NCBI GenBank assembly: GCA_947629445.1
Contig: CANRDU010000001.1
Coordinates: 1,386 to 65,385 of the forward strand
Direction of reading: 5' to 3'
Length of the DNA: 64,000 nucleotides
Source of the DNA: an uncultured Bacilli bacterium
GTDB lineage: Bacteria; Bacillota_I; Bacilli_A; RF39; UBA660
A model generated the notes under the pieces. It saw only the letters and a program-made list of their open reading frames with translations, searched no databases and was not told the DNA's origin. Every line of letters begins with the position of its first letter. Position 1 is the first letter of the stretch. Shown one piece after another: positions 37,354 through 47,413 of the stretch. The translations under genes and the position numbers were made by a program.

Positions 37354-39654
37354 TCTCTCTTCTTTCCTTTCTAATTTATCTTTGTTTTTTTGCTGCTCTA
37401 AGATAACCTTAATCTCTTCAATACGAGGTCTTAAATGATAGCCAAGATTTTGCTCTTGATTCATTTCTTCTGCTATTTTTAAATATTTAAGTGAACGTGA
37501 TAACTTTCCTAATTTTTCATAGCAAGTTGCCAAGTTCAAATAAACATCGATTCTCTCTTTCGGATAAAATTCATTATAGGTAAAATAGCAGAAACTAGCA
37601 TCATTCCATCTCTTTTGTTTGTAATAACATTCTCCTTGAAAATAGTAAGCATCTGGATTGGGAGATATGGCGTTAGCCTTTAAAAAACTAGCTAGAGCTT
37701 CTTGATATTTTCCCATTTGAATATAAATATAACCTTCTAGTACATATCCTTTATAATTCCTAGTGGTATCTAGTTGGTAATAATAATCTAGGTAGGCTAA
37801 AGCATTATCAAAATGGTAATTTCTCATTTCACTATAGGCGAAAGCATACATTTCTTCTTTTTGCCTTACGATAGTAGGATTCTCTAAAGTATCCATATAA
37901 GTTACTTCAATGGCGTAATAAAATTGATCTAACCTTTTATGAATTCCATTTGCCCGTAATAACTGCTCATATTGATTTAGATAATATCTAGCATCATCTA
38001 ACTGAAGATTATAATAACAAGTTAAAAATTTTTGAAATTCTGGATTATTGGGCATGTAATGGAACAAAAATGGTTCTACCGGATAAAATACCTTCTTTTC
38101 TTCCTCTTCTTCTTCATTTTTTGGTGGCAAAACTGCTTCTTTCGTTGGAACTTCCTTTTGCCCTTTTTGCGTATGAGAAAGTTGCTCTAACTTAGAAGTA
38201 ATTTCTTCTTCGATAATTTTATCTTGATTTTGAACTTCTAACGGGATCTCAGGAAGTTCTTCCATACTAATATCATAAGAACCTTCTTTTTCTTCCGTTG
38301 GCATCTCTATTTTATTTTCAATCGCAATTCCTGCTTGAAATAAATCCAATAACAATTCCTCTTGATAAATTTTTAATCCTACCTTATGGATTTGATATAA
38401 CTCTAAAGCATGGAGATAATGACCTCTCATAATATTGCTTTGAACAATTTGATAAATATTATCTAACTCTTTTTGATGTTCTTCTAAAATACCGAAAAAA
38501 TATTCTAGTAAAGATAAATAAGTACTGATTTTAATTTTAGAATTCTTAGAATCTAAATTTTTACCTCGGCATCGCTTTCCCACTTCATAAGCTTTCTTAA
38601 AATCCCCTACCGATATGGCTTCAAAGAAAGTATACAGTTTATCCTGTTCTTTTCGATAGGTATACTTCACTTCTAACAATTCGAAGGTACTATCAGAGCG
38701 AGCCTTCTCTATCATTTCAATAAGTTCTAGGAAAAGATAATAAATATAGTTATCTTTATGGTCTATTTCCCGATGAGCTAGAATCATCTCTAACTCCTCT
38801 TTGGCTCCTGCAATATCATTCTCTGATACTTTTTTAACAAAACGTATAGAGCGCTCTTCTTCCAACTTTCGTTCTTGCAACCTTTTTTGCTCTTCCATTT
38901 CTTCTTTTTTCTGAATAATCAAATTTAAAATTTTAGAGGTTATCGCTAGAGCAATATCATCCTTTTTCATTTGCTCTAAACGATTCAAGGATTTACGTGC
39001 GGAAGAAAAGTCGTCTTCCCCTATTTCCTTAAGAAAAGTTAAATATCTGCCATTAAAAGAATTCGCATTAAAGGCAATGAGCGATTTAGCGGGGGTAAGT
39101 AATTCCATTAAAGGAATTGTGTCGTAATCTTCTCCCATCTTTTCATATAATAGTAAAAATAGACGATAACTATCATCGAAAGAATCTTCTTTTTTATTTT
39201 CAATCGCCTCTTGTAAGTAAGAAAAAGCATCTTTATCTTGAAATAAAGTCACGATAAACTTAGCGAAATATAATTCACTAGAATGTTTCCAATACTTTAA
39301 GATTTGATTCAAAATCCTATCCGCTTCTTCATAACGTTTCGAATCGATCTCTTGCCATGCTAATGCTAATAGTCCTAAAGAAGCATAACGATTATCATTA
39401 TACTGAAAACTATATAAAATCTCTTTAAAAAATAAGGGACTATTTACGAAAACCATTAGATTTTTGTTTGTTAATTTTTGTCTTTTCACAGCATGAATCG
39501 ATACCATGTCAAGACTTTTCCATTTGTTTCTTACGATACCAAGTCTCTTCATAACATACCCCCCGATATTTATGTTTTCTATTATAACAAAATTGACTGG
39601 TAAATAGCAAGAAAAAAGTATAAAATTTCTTTTATACTTCTTGAACAACAACAA
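37348..39654 (-). CDS. TPR-repeat protein (768 aa if the first ATG is used; the start may be internal)
   Basis: Multiple TPR-like helical repeats (e.g. AYYFQGECYYKQKRWNDASFCYF..YLNLATCYEKLGKLSRSLKYL). Its start overlaps the end of rnj. Confidence 0.6.
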   Translation of the reverse strand: MLLFKKYKRNFILFSCYLPVNFVIIENINIGGYVMKRLGIVRNKWKSLDMVSIHAVKRQKLTNKNLMVFVNSPLFFKEILYSFQYNDNRYASLGLLALAWQEIDSKRYEEADRILNQILKYWKHSSELYFAKFIVTLFQDKDAFSYLQEAIENKKEDSFDDSYRLFLLLYEKMGEDYDTIPLMELLTPAKSLIAFNANSFNGRYLTFLKEIGEDDFSSARKSLNRLEQMKKDDIALAITSKILNLIIQKKEEMEEQKRLQERKLEEERSIRFVKKVSENDIAGAKEELEMILAHREIDHKDNYIYYLFLELIEMIEKARSDSTFELLEVKYTYRKEQDKLYTFFEAISVGDFKKAYEVGKRCRGKNLDSKNSKIKISTYLSLLEYFFGILEEHQKELDNIYQIVQSNIMRGHYLHALELYQIHKVGLKIYQEELLLDLFQAGIAIENKIEMPTEEKEGSYDISMEELPEIPLEVQNQDKIIEEEITSKLEQLSHTQKGQKEVPTKEAVLPPKNEEEEEEKKVFYPVEPFLFHYMPNNPEFQKFLTCYYNLQLDDARYYLNQYEQLLRANGIHKRLDQFYYAIEVTYMDTLENPTIVRQKEEMYAFAYSEMRNYHFDNALAYLDYYYQLDTTRNYKGYVLEGYIYIQMGKYQEALASFLKANAISPNPDAYYFQGECYYKQKRWNDASFCYFTYNEFYPKERIDVYLNLATCYEKLGKLSRSLKYLKIAEEMNQEQNLGYHLRPRIEEIKVILEQQKNKDKLERKEERS

Positions 39655-41278
39655 TGATCATTGGTTTAGAGGACGTTTCTTGATAAAAATACTTTCCTAA
39701 TTTCTCACGAATTCCTAATTTGATTTTATTAAAATCAATATAGGTAGGATTGATATAACTCTCTACTACCTCCAATGATATTTTTTCTGCTTCTGCAATT
39801 AAATCACTGTTATCCTTTACATAAATAAATCCTCGGGTTAAAATTTCAGGACCTGCTAAAATCTTTTTGGTAAGTTTATCTAACGTAGTAGTGACAATGA
39901 CAATGCCATTTTCCCCTAAAAGTTCCCGATCCTTTAAGACAAGATCTCCGACATCGCCCGGTTGTTTTCCATCGATTAAAATCTCATCTACTTTCATTTT
40001 CTCACCATTATCGACATATTTACCGTCTTCTAAAGTCACAATATCACCATTTAATCGTAAGAAAACATTCTCTTCGGGAATACCAAGACGATACGCTAAA
40101 TTAGCGTTTTCTACTTGACCACGGTATTCGCCAATAATTGGAAAATAATATTTTGGATTTAACATTTTTACCATCATCATAATATCTTCCTTAGAAGCAT
40201 GAGGAGAACGGTATTGTTTCTTAGAAAGTACCACTAAATTACATCCTATTTTCGCAATACTATCAAATACTTGCGTAGAAGTAACCTCAATACTATCATA
40301 AATTGGGGAAGCAAATACCACCGTATCTTCTTCAGTCAAAGTGACAAATTTATCATATCCACGAATAATCCTTTTCATATTAGAATAAGGAACTTCTCGT
40401 TCATTCGAAACAATGACAATAACACCAGGATCTTTGACATGATGAATACTTTTAATTCGATCTTTATCAAAAGTAATGTAGTGATAATCAATCGCTTTTA
40501 AAATAATATTTTCTAATTTCTTACCCATAATGACAATATTACGATCTGTCTTTTTTACTTCTTCTAGTAATTCTTGAATACGGAAAATTTGGGCCTGCAT
40601 AATGTTTATCAAAATTCTACCATCATTTTTATGAATGACCTCTCTTAAAATGTCACAAGCACGGTGATTGGGAGAGGTAAATCCTGCTTTGGGAGCATAA
40701 ATAGATTCTCCTAAAAGGCATAATACTCCTTGTTTTCCAACATAGGCAATTTTTCCAATATCAGAACTAAAAGCATCCATCATAGAAGGATCAAATACAT
40801 AATTTCCTGTAAATACAATCGCTCCATCTTCTGTATAAAGAACATACATAACCGAATCGGGAATAGAATGCGAAACACGAATTGGGAAAATACTATTTTT
40901 ACCAAAAGATACTTTCTTATGTAGTTTTAATTCTACTAAAGAAGCATTGGTAATCCCCTCTTCTTCTAAATCCTGTCTAATAATATCTAGGGTAAATTTC
41001 GTAGCATATACCGAAACACCCTCTAAATCGACTAAAATATCGGCAAGAGCACCCATCTGTTCATCATGCCCATGCGTAATAAAAATACCAACAATTCTAT
41101 CTTTATTCTCAATTAAATAATCATAATTCGGAATAATATAATCTATCCCTAGCAAACTATCGTCTGCATATTTTAAACCCGCTTCAAATACAAATATGTC
41201 GTTATCTACTTCAATAACATACATATTTTTTCCTACTTCGTTTAACCCACCTAGGGCAAACATCTTAATTTTACTCAT
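39632..41278 (-). CDS. rnj: Ribonuclease J family (metallo-beta-lactamase/beta-CASP) with a degenerate motif II
   Basis: N-terminus MSKIKMFALGGLNEVGKNMYVIE, a beta-CASP domain and a C-terminal domain. Motif II reads HGHDEQ rather than the canonical HGHEDH. Confidence 0.8.
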   Translation of the reverse strand: MSKIKMFALGGLNEVGKNMYVIEVDNDIFVFEAGLKYADDSLLGIDYIIPNYDYLIENKDRIVGIFITHGHDEQMGALADILVDLEGVSVYATKFTLDIIRQDLEEEGITNASLVELKLHKKVSFGKNSIFPIRVSHSIPDSVMYVLYTEDGAIVFTGNYVFDPSMMDAFSSDIGKIAYVGKQGVLCLLGESIYAPKAGFTSPNHRACDILREVIHKNDGRILINIMQAQIFRIQELLEEVKKTDRNIVIMGKKLENIILKAIDYHYITFDKDRIKSIHHVKDPGVIVIVSNEREVPYSNMKRIIRGYDKFVTLTEEDTVVFASPIYDSIEVTSTQVFDSIAKIGCNLVVLSKKQYRSPHASKEDIMMMVKMLNPKYYFPIIGEYRGQVENANLAYRLGIPEENVFLRLNGDIVTLEDGKYVDNGEKMKVDEILIDGKQPGDVGDLVLKDRELLGENGIVIVTTTLDKLTKKILAGPEILTRGFIYVKDNSDLIAEAEKISLEVVESYINPTYIDFNKIKLGIREKLGKYFYQETSSKPMIIVVVQEV

Positions 41279-41383
41279 AAAACTCCTTTCTTTTTTTCAA
41301 CTAAAACATTATATCAAAGAATTTCTAATTAGTCTACTTAATCATTATAACACTAATTACAAAAAATAATAAGGAAGCCCTTA

Positions 41384-41977
41384 TTATTTTTCACTGCTTT
41401 TTTTTCGTTTGGTAACCGAAATACCATCGCCAAGAGAATAGAAAACCGTTTCAAATTGAGAATTTGTTTTTAAATACTCAATATATTGTTTAATTTTTCC
41501 TACTAGTTGTCTAGTATTTCGATTATGAGTAAGAGTAATATCTTCTACCATCCCATGAAAAGATAGATTATCCGTAATAATAACTCCATCTTCCGCTAAA
41601 AGTGGAGAATACTTCTCGAAAAACTTAATGTACTGACTTTTTGCTGCATCAATAAATATTAAATCATAAGTCCCGGTTAATGAAAGATTTAAAGCATCCT
41701 CATGAATGACTGTAATCCGGTCCTCTAAATGCATCGAAGCAATATTTTGAATAGCTTCTTCATACATGTGATTATCTCTTTCGATGGTTGTTACTGTAAC
41801 ATCTGGACTTGCTTGCGCAAAAGAAATAGCCGAATACCCAATCGCCGTTCCGATTTCTAAAATACGCTTGATAGATTGCGTACGAATCGTCTCGCAGATA
41901 AAAGCAATCCCCTCATCCTTCATAATCGGAACATGATTTTCCTGGGCATATTCTTTTAACTTGGAAATCTCTCCCAT
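41384..41977 (-). CDS. Class I SAM-dependent O-methyltransferase (YrrM / caffeoyl-CoA OMT-like)
   Basis: ILEIGTAIGYSAISFA (motif I) and IFIDAAKSQY. The position matches yrrM in the conserved cluster. Confidence 0.75.
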   Translation of the reverse strand: MGEISKLKEYAQENHVPIMKDEGIAFICETIRTQSIKRILEIGTAIGYSAISFAQASPDVTVTTIERDNHMYEEAIQNIASMHLEDRITVIHEDALNLSLTGTYDLIFIDAAKSQYIKFFEKYSPLLAEDGVIITDNLSFHGMVEDITLTHNRNTRQLVGKIKQYIEYLKTNSQFETVFYSLGDGISVTKRKKSSEK

Positions 41978-43035
41978 ATACCCTTCTCTTTCAAATCGGA
42001 AACCGTTTTATTATGCTCCTCATTCGTCACGTTGTAATAAGCTTTTCCATTTTTATCGAATGCAAAGTAGTAGTACTCACTTTCTGTTGGATATAAAGCA
42101 GCGCGGATAGATACCATAGAAGGAATACAAATTGGTCCTATAGGGAAACGCCCTCTCATACTTTCTAATCGTGTATTATAAGCATTGACATTGTCAATCT
42201 CTGTCTGCTTTAAATCTCTTTCATGTAGGTCAAGTCTTACTCCATAATAAGTAGTAACATCACTACCTAAATTCATATTTTTCTTTAGACGATTGTAAAA
42301 AATACCAGATACCATTTTTCTATCATCTGCTGTAATCGCCTCTAACTCTACCATACTAGCCATCGTCAAGATTTCATGAATGGAATAACTACTGCTTTCT
42401 ATCACAGGTTTTACCTCTTCTAACCTTTTTCCCATTTGGTCTAACATGGCATCGAAAATAGCAGAAACAGAAACATCTCGACTATCAAAATAATACGTTT
42501 CTGGGAATAAGTATCCCTCTAAAGAATAATAAAGTTTTGAATTTAAGATAGAATTATCGACAAACCAATAATCATCTATAACATGCTTTAAGTAGTCTTG
42601 ATCTTGCAAAGTAGCAAGAACTTCTTCCTCTGTATGGTTAGTATTCTCTGTAATGATTTTGGTAACCTCTCTCATCGAAATACCCTCTGGGAACGTAATT
42701 TTGACAATAGGCATCGCTTTTTCCCCTAATGCTTCAATAATGTCTTCCACACTCATATTCTTACGCATCTTATAAACTCCAGTTTTTAAGCCATCTTCTG
42801 GTGGATTTAAGCGAATGTAAAGTTGGTAGGCTTCTTTGGAACGAATTAATTTTTGATCGTATAAATCATCGGCTAACGATAAATAGGTACTACCACTTCC
42901 CACTTCAAAAAGAATCTCCTCTTCACTAGAACTTACTGGTTTTAAAGCATTTTTATATAAAAAGAAACTGATTAAAAATAGAATAAGAAACAATGTAATG
43001 ATAGCTGATATAATTAATAGAATTCGTTTCTTCAT
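41956..43035 (-). CDS. mltG: Endolytic murein transglycosylase MltG (YceG family)
   Basis: N-terminal TM, a YceG-like domain (..GPICIPS.., ..DVTTYYG..). Cluster context. Confidence 0.8.
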   Translation of the reverse strand: MKKRILLIISAIITLFLILFLISFFLYKNALKPVSSSEEEILFEVGSGSTYLSLADDLYDQKLIRSKEAYQLYIRLNPPEDGLKTGVYKMRKNMSVEDIIEALGEKAMPIVKITFPEGISMREVTKIITENTNHTEEEVLATLQDQDYLKHVIDDYWFVDNSILNSKLYYSLEGYLFPETYYFDSRDVSVSAIFDAMLDQMGKRLEEVKPVIESSSYSIHEILTMASMVELEAITADDRKMVSGIFYNRLKKNMNLGSDVTTYYGVRLDLHERDLKQTEIDNVNAYNTRLESMRGRFPIGPICIPSMVSIRAALYPTESEYYYFAFDKNGKAYYNVTNEEHNKTVSDLKEKGIWERFPS

Positions 43036-43061
43036 TCAACATACAACAAAAAAGAGTAAGA

Positions 43062-43349
43062 TTACTCTTCTTCTGATTCATTTCCTTGAATTTCGTTTTG
43101 CAATTCATCTAGAATTGTTTCAATAATCTTCCATTCTTTATCAGTTTCGATTGGTAATAATTTTGTTTCATCCTCATCAGGATTATAAATTGAAGCATAT
43201 ACTTTTGTATTTCCTTCTTCATCCAATGTGTTATCTGTATAAACAATGTAATTTTTCTTTGTTTCATCTGATTCAAATGTAAATAATACTTCACATTCTA
43301 CTTCTTTTCCTTCGTCATTTACAACTTTAAATGTCATCTTTTCTTCCAT
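43062..43349 (-). CDS. DUF1292 family protein (YrzB-like)
   Basis: 95-aa acidic protein in the conserved position between ruvX and mltG. Confidence 0.65.
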   Translation of the reverse strand: MEEKMTFKVVNDEGKEVECEVLFTFESDETKKNYIVYTDNTLDEEGNTKVYASIYNPDEDETKLLPIETDKEWKIIETILDELQNEIQGNESEEE

Positions 43350-43776
43350 GATTTATTTCCTCTCTTTCCTTATCTAAATAGGCTTGCAAAATGATATTCG
43401 CAGCTAAAGCATCTACTTTCTTTTTTCTCTTTTTCCGAGACATATCTGCCTCTAAAAGATAATTGGTAGCTTCTACCGTCGATAATCTCTCATCCTGCAT
43501 CACTACTTCTATACCTAAGTGATTTTCTACTAGTTCTTTAAATTCTAGGGTAGTCTGTGCTCTATCACCTATACTATTATTCATATTTTTAGGTAATCCC
43601 AAAACAATCTTACCAATGCCATATTCCGCTACCAGTTGTTTTAAAGGCTCTATCAGAGAAAGATAATTACCTTCTTCAAAGCGGATAGTCGTTATCGCAC
43701 TAGCAATTGTTCTCGTTAGATCACTAACAGAAACACCAAGCGTCCTCGTTCCTAAATCCAAACCTAAATATCTCAT
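43327..43776 (-). CDS. ruvX: Putative pre-16S rRNA nuclease / Holliday junction resolvase-like RuvX (YqgF)
   Basis: MRYLGLDLGTRTLGVSVSD is the YqgF N-terminal motif. RNase H fold. Confidence 0.85.
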   Translation of the reverse strand: MRYLGLDLGTRTLGVSVSDLTRTIASAITTIRFEEGNYLSLIEPLKQLVAEYGIGKIVLGLPKNMNNSIGDRAQTTLEFKELVENHLGIEVVMQDERLSTVEATNYLLEADMSRKKRKKKVDALAANIILQAYLDKEREEINHGRKDDI

Positions 43777-44015
43777 TTAGCCAAAAAGTCTCTTACTAAT
43801 ACCTCTAATATTCTAGTTCTTTCAAATTTAGTTATTTTGCTTCTAGCCTCTTTGTGACTAGAGATATATCCTGGGTCTCCACTCATTAGATATCCGACAA
43901 TCTGATTAATTGCGTTATATCCTCGTTCTTCTAGTATTTGTGACACTTCTTTAATTACTTGTGAAATGATTGCATCTTGAAATTCAGAAGCTTCATACAC
44001 TTTCGTTTCGTCCAA
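43773..44015 (-). CDS. UPF0297/IreB-family small regulatory protein (YrzL-like)
   Basis: 80 aa. Sits in the conserved position upstream of ruvX. Confidence 0.65.
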   Translation of the reverse strand: MDETKVYEASEFQDAIISQVIKEVSQILEERGYNAINQIVGYLMSGDPGYISSHKEARSKITKFERTRILEVLVRDFLAK

Positions 44016-44080
44016 ATCACATCACCCTCTTCTATGAATACAACTACATTTTAACATATTAACCATTTTTTGTAAATGGT

Positions 44081-45427
44081 TTAATTTTCTTTTACCAATT
44101 TTTTGTAGGCTTTTCCCTTCTCTTCAAAATTTTTAAAATATTCATAACTAGAGGCTGCAGGGCTCAAAATACAAATAGCATTCGGTCTCGTAACCTCTTT
44201 GGCTTTTAATACGGCTTCTTCTAGCGTCTCTACAAAAAGACATTGAACCTCACGATTGGTAATTTTTTTCCCTATCTTATGACCAGTTGTAGGCATACAT
44301 ATTAAATTACGAACATGACCACTATTTAGATAATCAATTAACTCCTGATAATCAATTCCTCGGTCCATTCCTCCAAAGATCAAGGTATCCACTTCTTTTA
44401 GCGATTCTAACGCCGAAATAGTAGCCATCGGAATAGTTGCAATAGCATCATTATAGAAGAGAATATCGTGATACTTTCCCACATATTCCATACGGTGTTC
44501 TAAAGGTTGAAATTCCATAATAGCTTCTTTGGTCTTTTCTAAATCTAGTCCTAAGATTTCAGAAATAGTAAGAACTACCATAATATTGCGAAGATTATGT
44601 TCTCCTAATAAATTCGTTTTCGTATTCTTATGGAATAGACATTTACCATCTAGATAAACGTCATCTCCGACAATAGATGTCGTATGAGGAAGAGTATCTT
44701 CTGATAAAGTAACAGCATAAGGAATTCCCTTATAAGAATCATTCATATAACTATTTAAAGGCTCAATATCCTTACAATAAATACGATAATCCTTCTCAGT
44801 TTGATATTTAAAAATATTTAGTTTATTTTGGTGATAATGCTCGACTGTTCCACTATGATCCAAGTGATCTTGATACAAATTTAAAATAGCCGCAATATGA
44901 GGAGAATACTTTACAAATTCTAACTGTAAAGCAGACATTTCAATCACAATCCATGTATCATCATGAAAGTTCTCCAACTCTTCAAAAATAGGTTTCCCTA
45001 TATTTCCTAATAAATACGCATCATACCCATTTTTCTTAAGTGCTTGATACACGAGTGTACAAGTAGTACTTTTTCCTTTTGTTGCTGTAATCCCAATAAC
45101 ATGACTACGATTTACTTCTAGCAATAATTCTAATTGTGACGTAAAAGGATAAGGTGTACAATCCATATCCTTGGTAATAACACCTGGACTTTTCATAATA
45201 ATATCAAAGCCTTGTAGATGGTTTAAATAATCTTCCCCATAAATACAAGTAACATGAGCATCTTTTTCTAATTCAGAATTATCTAGCACGACATTTTTTT
45301 TATCGATAATCGTTACATCCATATCGGAATAACGTCTAATAAAATGATAAGTAGATTTTCCCTCTAAACCAAATCCTAAAATAGCAACTTTCTTACCTTG
45401 AAAGAATTCAAAAATTTTATGATACAT
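44081..45427 (-). CDS. murD: UDP-N-acetylmuramoylalanine--glutamate ligase (MurD family)
   Basis: N-terminal Rossmann VAILGFGLEGKS and the Mur ligase ATP-binding motif GITATKGKSTT. Confidence 0.85.
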   Translation of the reverse strand: MYHKIFEFFQGKKVAILGFGLEGKSTYHFIRRYSDMDVTIIDKKNVVLDNSELEKDAHVTCIYGEDYLNHLQGFDIIMKSPGVITKDMDCTPYPFTSQLELLLEVNRSHVIGITATKGKSTTCTLVYQALKKNGYDAYLLGNIGKPIFEELENFHDDTWIVIEMSALQLEFVKYSPHIAAILNLYQDHLDHSGTVEHYHQNKLNIFKYQTEKDYRIYCKDIEPLNSYMNDSYKGIPYAVTLSEDTLPHTTSIVGDDVYLDGKCLFHKNTKTNLLGEHNLRNIMVVLTISEILGLDLEKTKEAIMEFQPLEHRMEYVGKYHDILFYNDAIATIPMATISALESLKEVDTLIFGGMDRGIDYQELIDYLNSGHVRNLICMPTTGHKIGKKITNREVQCLFVETLEEAVLKAKEVTRPNAICILSPAASSYEYFKNFEEKGKAYKKLVKEN

Positions 45428-46796
45428 ACTTTTTCAATTCCTCCTTAACTAAATTTAAATAGAAATCCGGAATATGATGCTCCTCATTAAAGGATTTTCG
45501 GTAATCGATTTCTTTCTCTAATGGATAATGTTTTTGATAATATTCTAATAAAAAGCCTTTCATACCCTTTTCTAATGCTATAGAAACAGCAAATCTTACT
45601 TCTTCATAAGTACCAACACATTCAAAAGGTTTCGTATCCTTATAACCTAACAATTCTAAGAAAGTTGGAAGTAAAGATTCCTTTTCATATAAATTTTCTC
45701 CAAAAATTTCAATCAACTCTTCTGACTTCAAAAAAGGGCTTAAAATAATAAAGACAAAAAGACACTTAGGACAATTACAGCACCACCGCCAAGGAACTTC
45801 TTTACTTCCTACATTACAACTTTTAAAGATAGAATGATATTGTTTATAATGAGAAAATAACATAGCTATTTGAAGTTCATTTAAACAACGAAGCATACTA
45901 AAGTAATGAATATCTGCCTTTAAATATTGAGAGGCATAGCGATTAAAATCATCTTCAAATTCATAAGTCTTAGAATATTGATGATTAATATTCGTTCCCA
46001 ATACCGTTGCCTCATTCGCACTTCCCTCATTCGATAAAATAATATATTTTCGATTCGTCATATAGGCACACAAATAAGAGACAAACGCAACCAGTGCGCT
46101 AAAAGGAGTATGTCCATTCAAATATCCTTCCTGATTAAGTTCTAATAGACGAGAGTCAATCTTTCTTTCTACTTTCAGATAAGAATGATAATGAGCCTCT
46201 TTCATACACTCTATTCCCGGAACTTTAGGATTAATCATAAAGCAAGTGTTATCTTCGTTCTTTAAAATTTCCAGAGAAACAGCCGAATCTTTTCCTCCAC
46301 CAATCGCTACTAAATTGCCAGTTCCCTGAAAATCGACGGGAACTATTCTTTCTTTTTCTTCCGCATGAATAACTACCCAATTTTCCATTTCCGAATCAAT
46401 TCCATTTACATATCGAAATTCTCCAAGTCCCCAATAATATAACTTCAAAAACCAATCTTTTTGCTCTTTCGTTAGAGAACCACATTCTATATAGATATTA
46501 GGACTACAAGTACATTTCCAGTAACTAAGCAATTCTATTAGTCCTATCTGATAAGTCAAGTATTCTAAATATTCTTGATTCTTATTTTTTACTTGCTCCT
46601 TATATATTTTAAGATTAGGATGAAAGTCTGCTAAATGGGGAATAGAAAACCAATATCTAAGTTCAAAATATTCTTCACATTCTTCTATTTCATATTGTTT
46701 GAAAAAAAAGTTTGGATATTGTTTTCTAAACTCTAAAAAACGTTCTTGATTCATATTTTTCACCACTATCATTATATCACGTATCCAAAAGAACAT
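45417..46796 (-). CDS. Hypothetical protein with a PP-loop-like GGGKDS motif and a C-terminal CxxC..C cluster, translationally coupled upstream of murD
   Basis: ..LVAIGGGKDSAVSL.. is similar to the SGGxDS PP-loop. ..WRWCCNCPKC.. It overlaps murD by 11 nt. Confidence 0.5.
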   Translation of the reverse strand: MFFWIRDIMIVVKNMNQERFLEFRKQYPNFFFKQYEIEECEEYFELRYWFSIPHLADFHPNLKIYKEQVKNKNQEYLEYLTYQIGLIELLSYWKCTCSPNIYIECGSLTKEQKDWFLKLYYWGLGEFRYVNGIDSEMENWVVIHAEEKERIVPVDFQGTGNLVAIGGGKDSAVSLEILKNEDNTCFMINPKVPGIECMKEAHYHSYLKVERKIDSRLLELNQEGYLNGHTPFSALVAFVSYLCAYMTNRKYIILSNEGSANEATVLGTNINHQYSKTYEFEDDFNRYASQYLKADIHYFSMLRCLNELQIAMLFSHYKQYHSIFKSCNVGSKEVPWRWCCNCPKCLFVFIILSPFLKSEELIEIFGENLYEKESLLPTFLELLGYKDTKPFECVGTYEEVRFAVSIALEKGMKGFLLEYYQKHYPLEKEIDYRKSFNEEHHIPDFYLNLVKEELKKYVS

Positions 46797-46837
46797 GAAT
46801 ATTTATGCATAAAAAAAATAGACTATATCTATTTTTT

Positions 46838-47197
46838 CTACCACAAATAACTCGCTAATCCTGTTTTCTTTTTCTTCTTTTCTCGCAAAAGATAATCAAT
46901 ATAAACGGCTTCTAAAGCACTAATAGACCCAAGTACTTGTCCTTCCTTATATCCTTCTTGATTCTCCTTACGGCTAACACGAATTAAGTTGTCGATATCT
47001 TTTCCCTGCTGTTTTAACTTTTCACGAATAATTTGTTGAATCATCACCTTATGAATTGGTGTAATTACTCCCAATTCTTCATGTTGATGTTCTAAAGACA
47101 AAAGATCATTTACAGTGGGTTTTCCCTTTCCACGTAAATATTCTTCAATGTATTTTTGTAGTAAGATCGCTTTCTCATTCATCTTGCTTCCTCCCAT
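46838..47197 (-). CDS. Hypothetical protein (119 aa)
   Basis: ORF only. Confidence 0.45.
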   Translation of the reverse strand: MGGSKMNEKAILLQKYIEEYLRGKGKPTVNDLLSLEHQHEELGVITPIHKVMIQQIIREKLKQQGKDIDNLIRVSRKENQEGYKEGQVLGSISALEAVYIDYLLREKKKKKTGLASYLW

Positions 47198-47413
47198 CCT
47201 ACCATCCTACTACGATTAGTATATCGCAAATTCTAGAAAAAAGCAATTATCAAGCAGCGGCATTACATTTCTTGACAAAAAAGCAACTTGTTCAGACTTC
47301 TTTATCTCTAACCTATCCAGTTAGAAGAAATATCTAATGATACTCTAAAGAAAGACGCACAACCACTTTTGAATCAAAAATCTTAGTAGCAAATCATTAA
47401 CTAATTACGTGTT

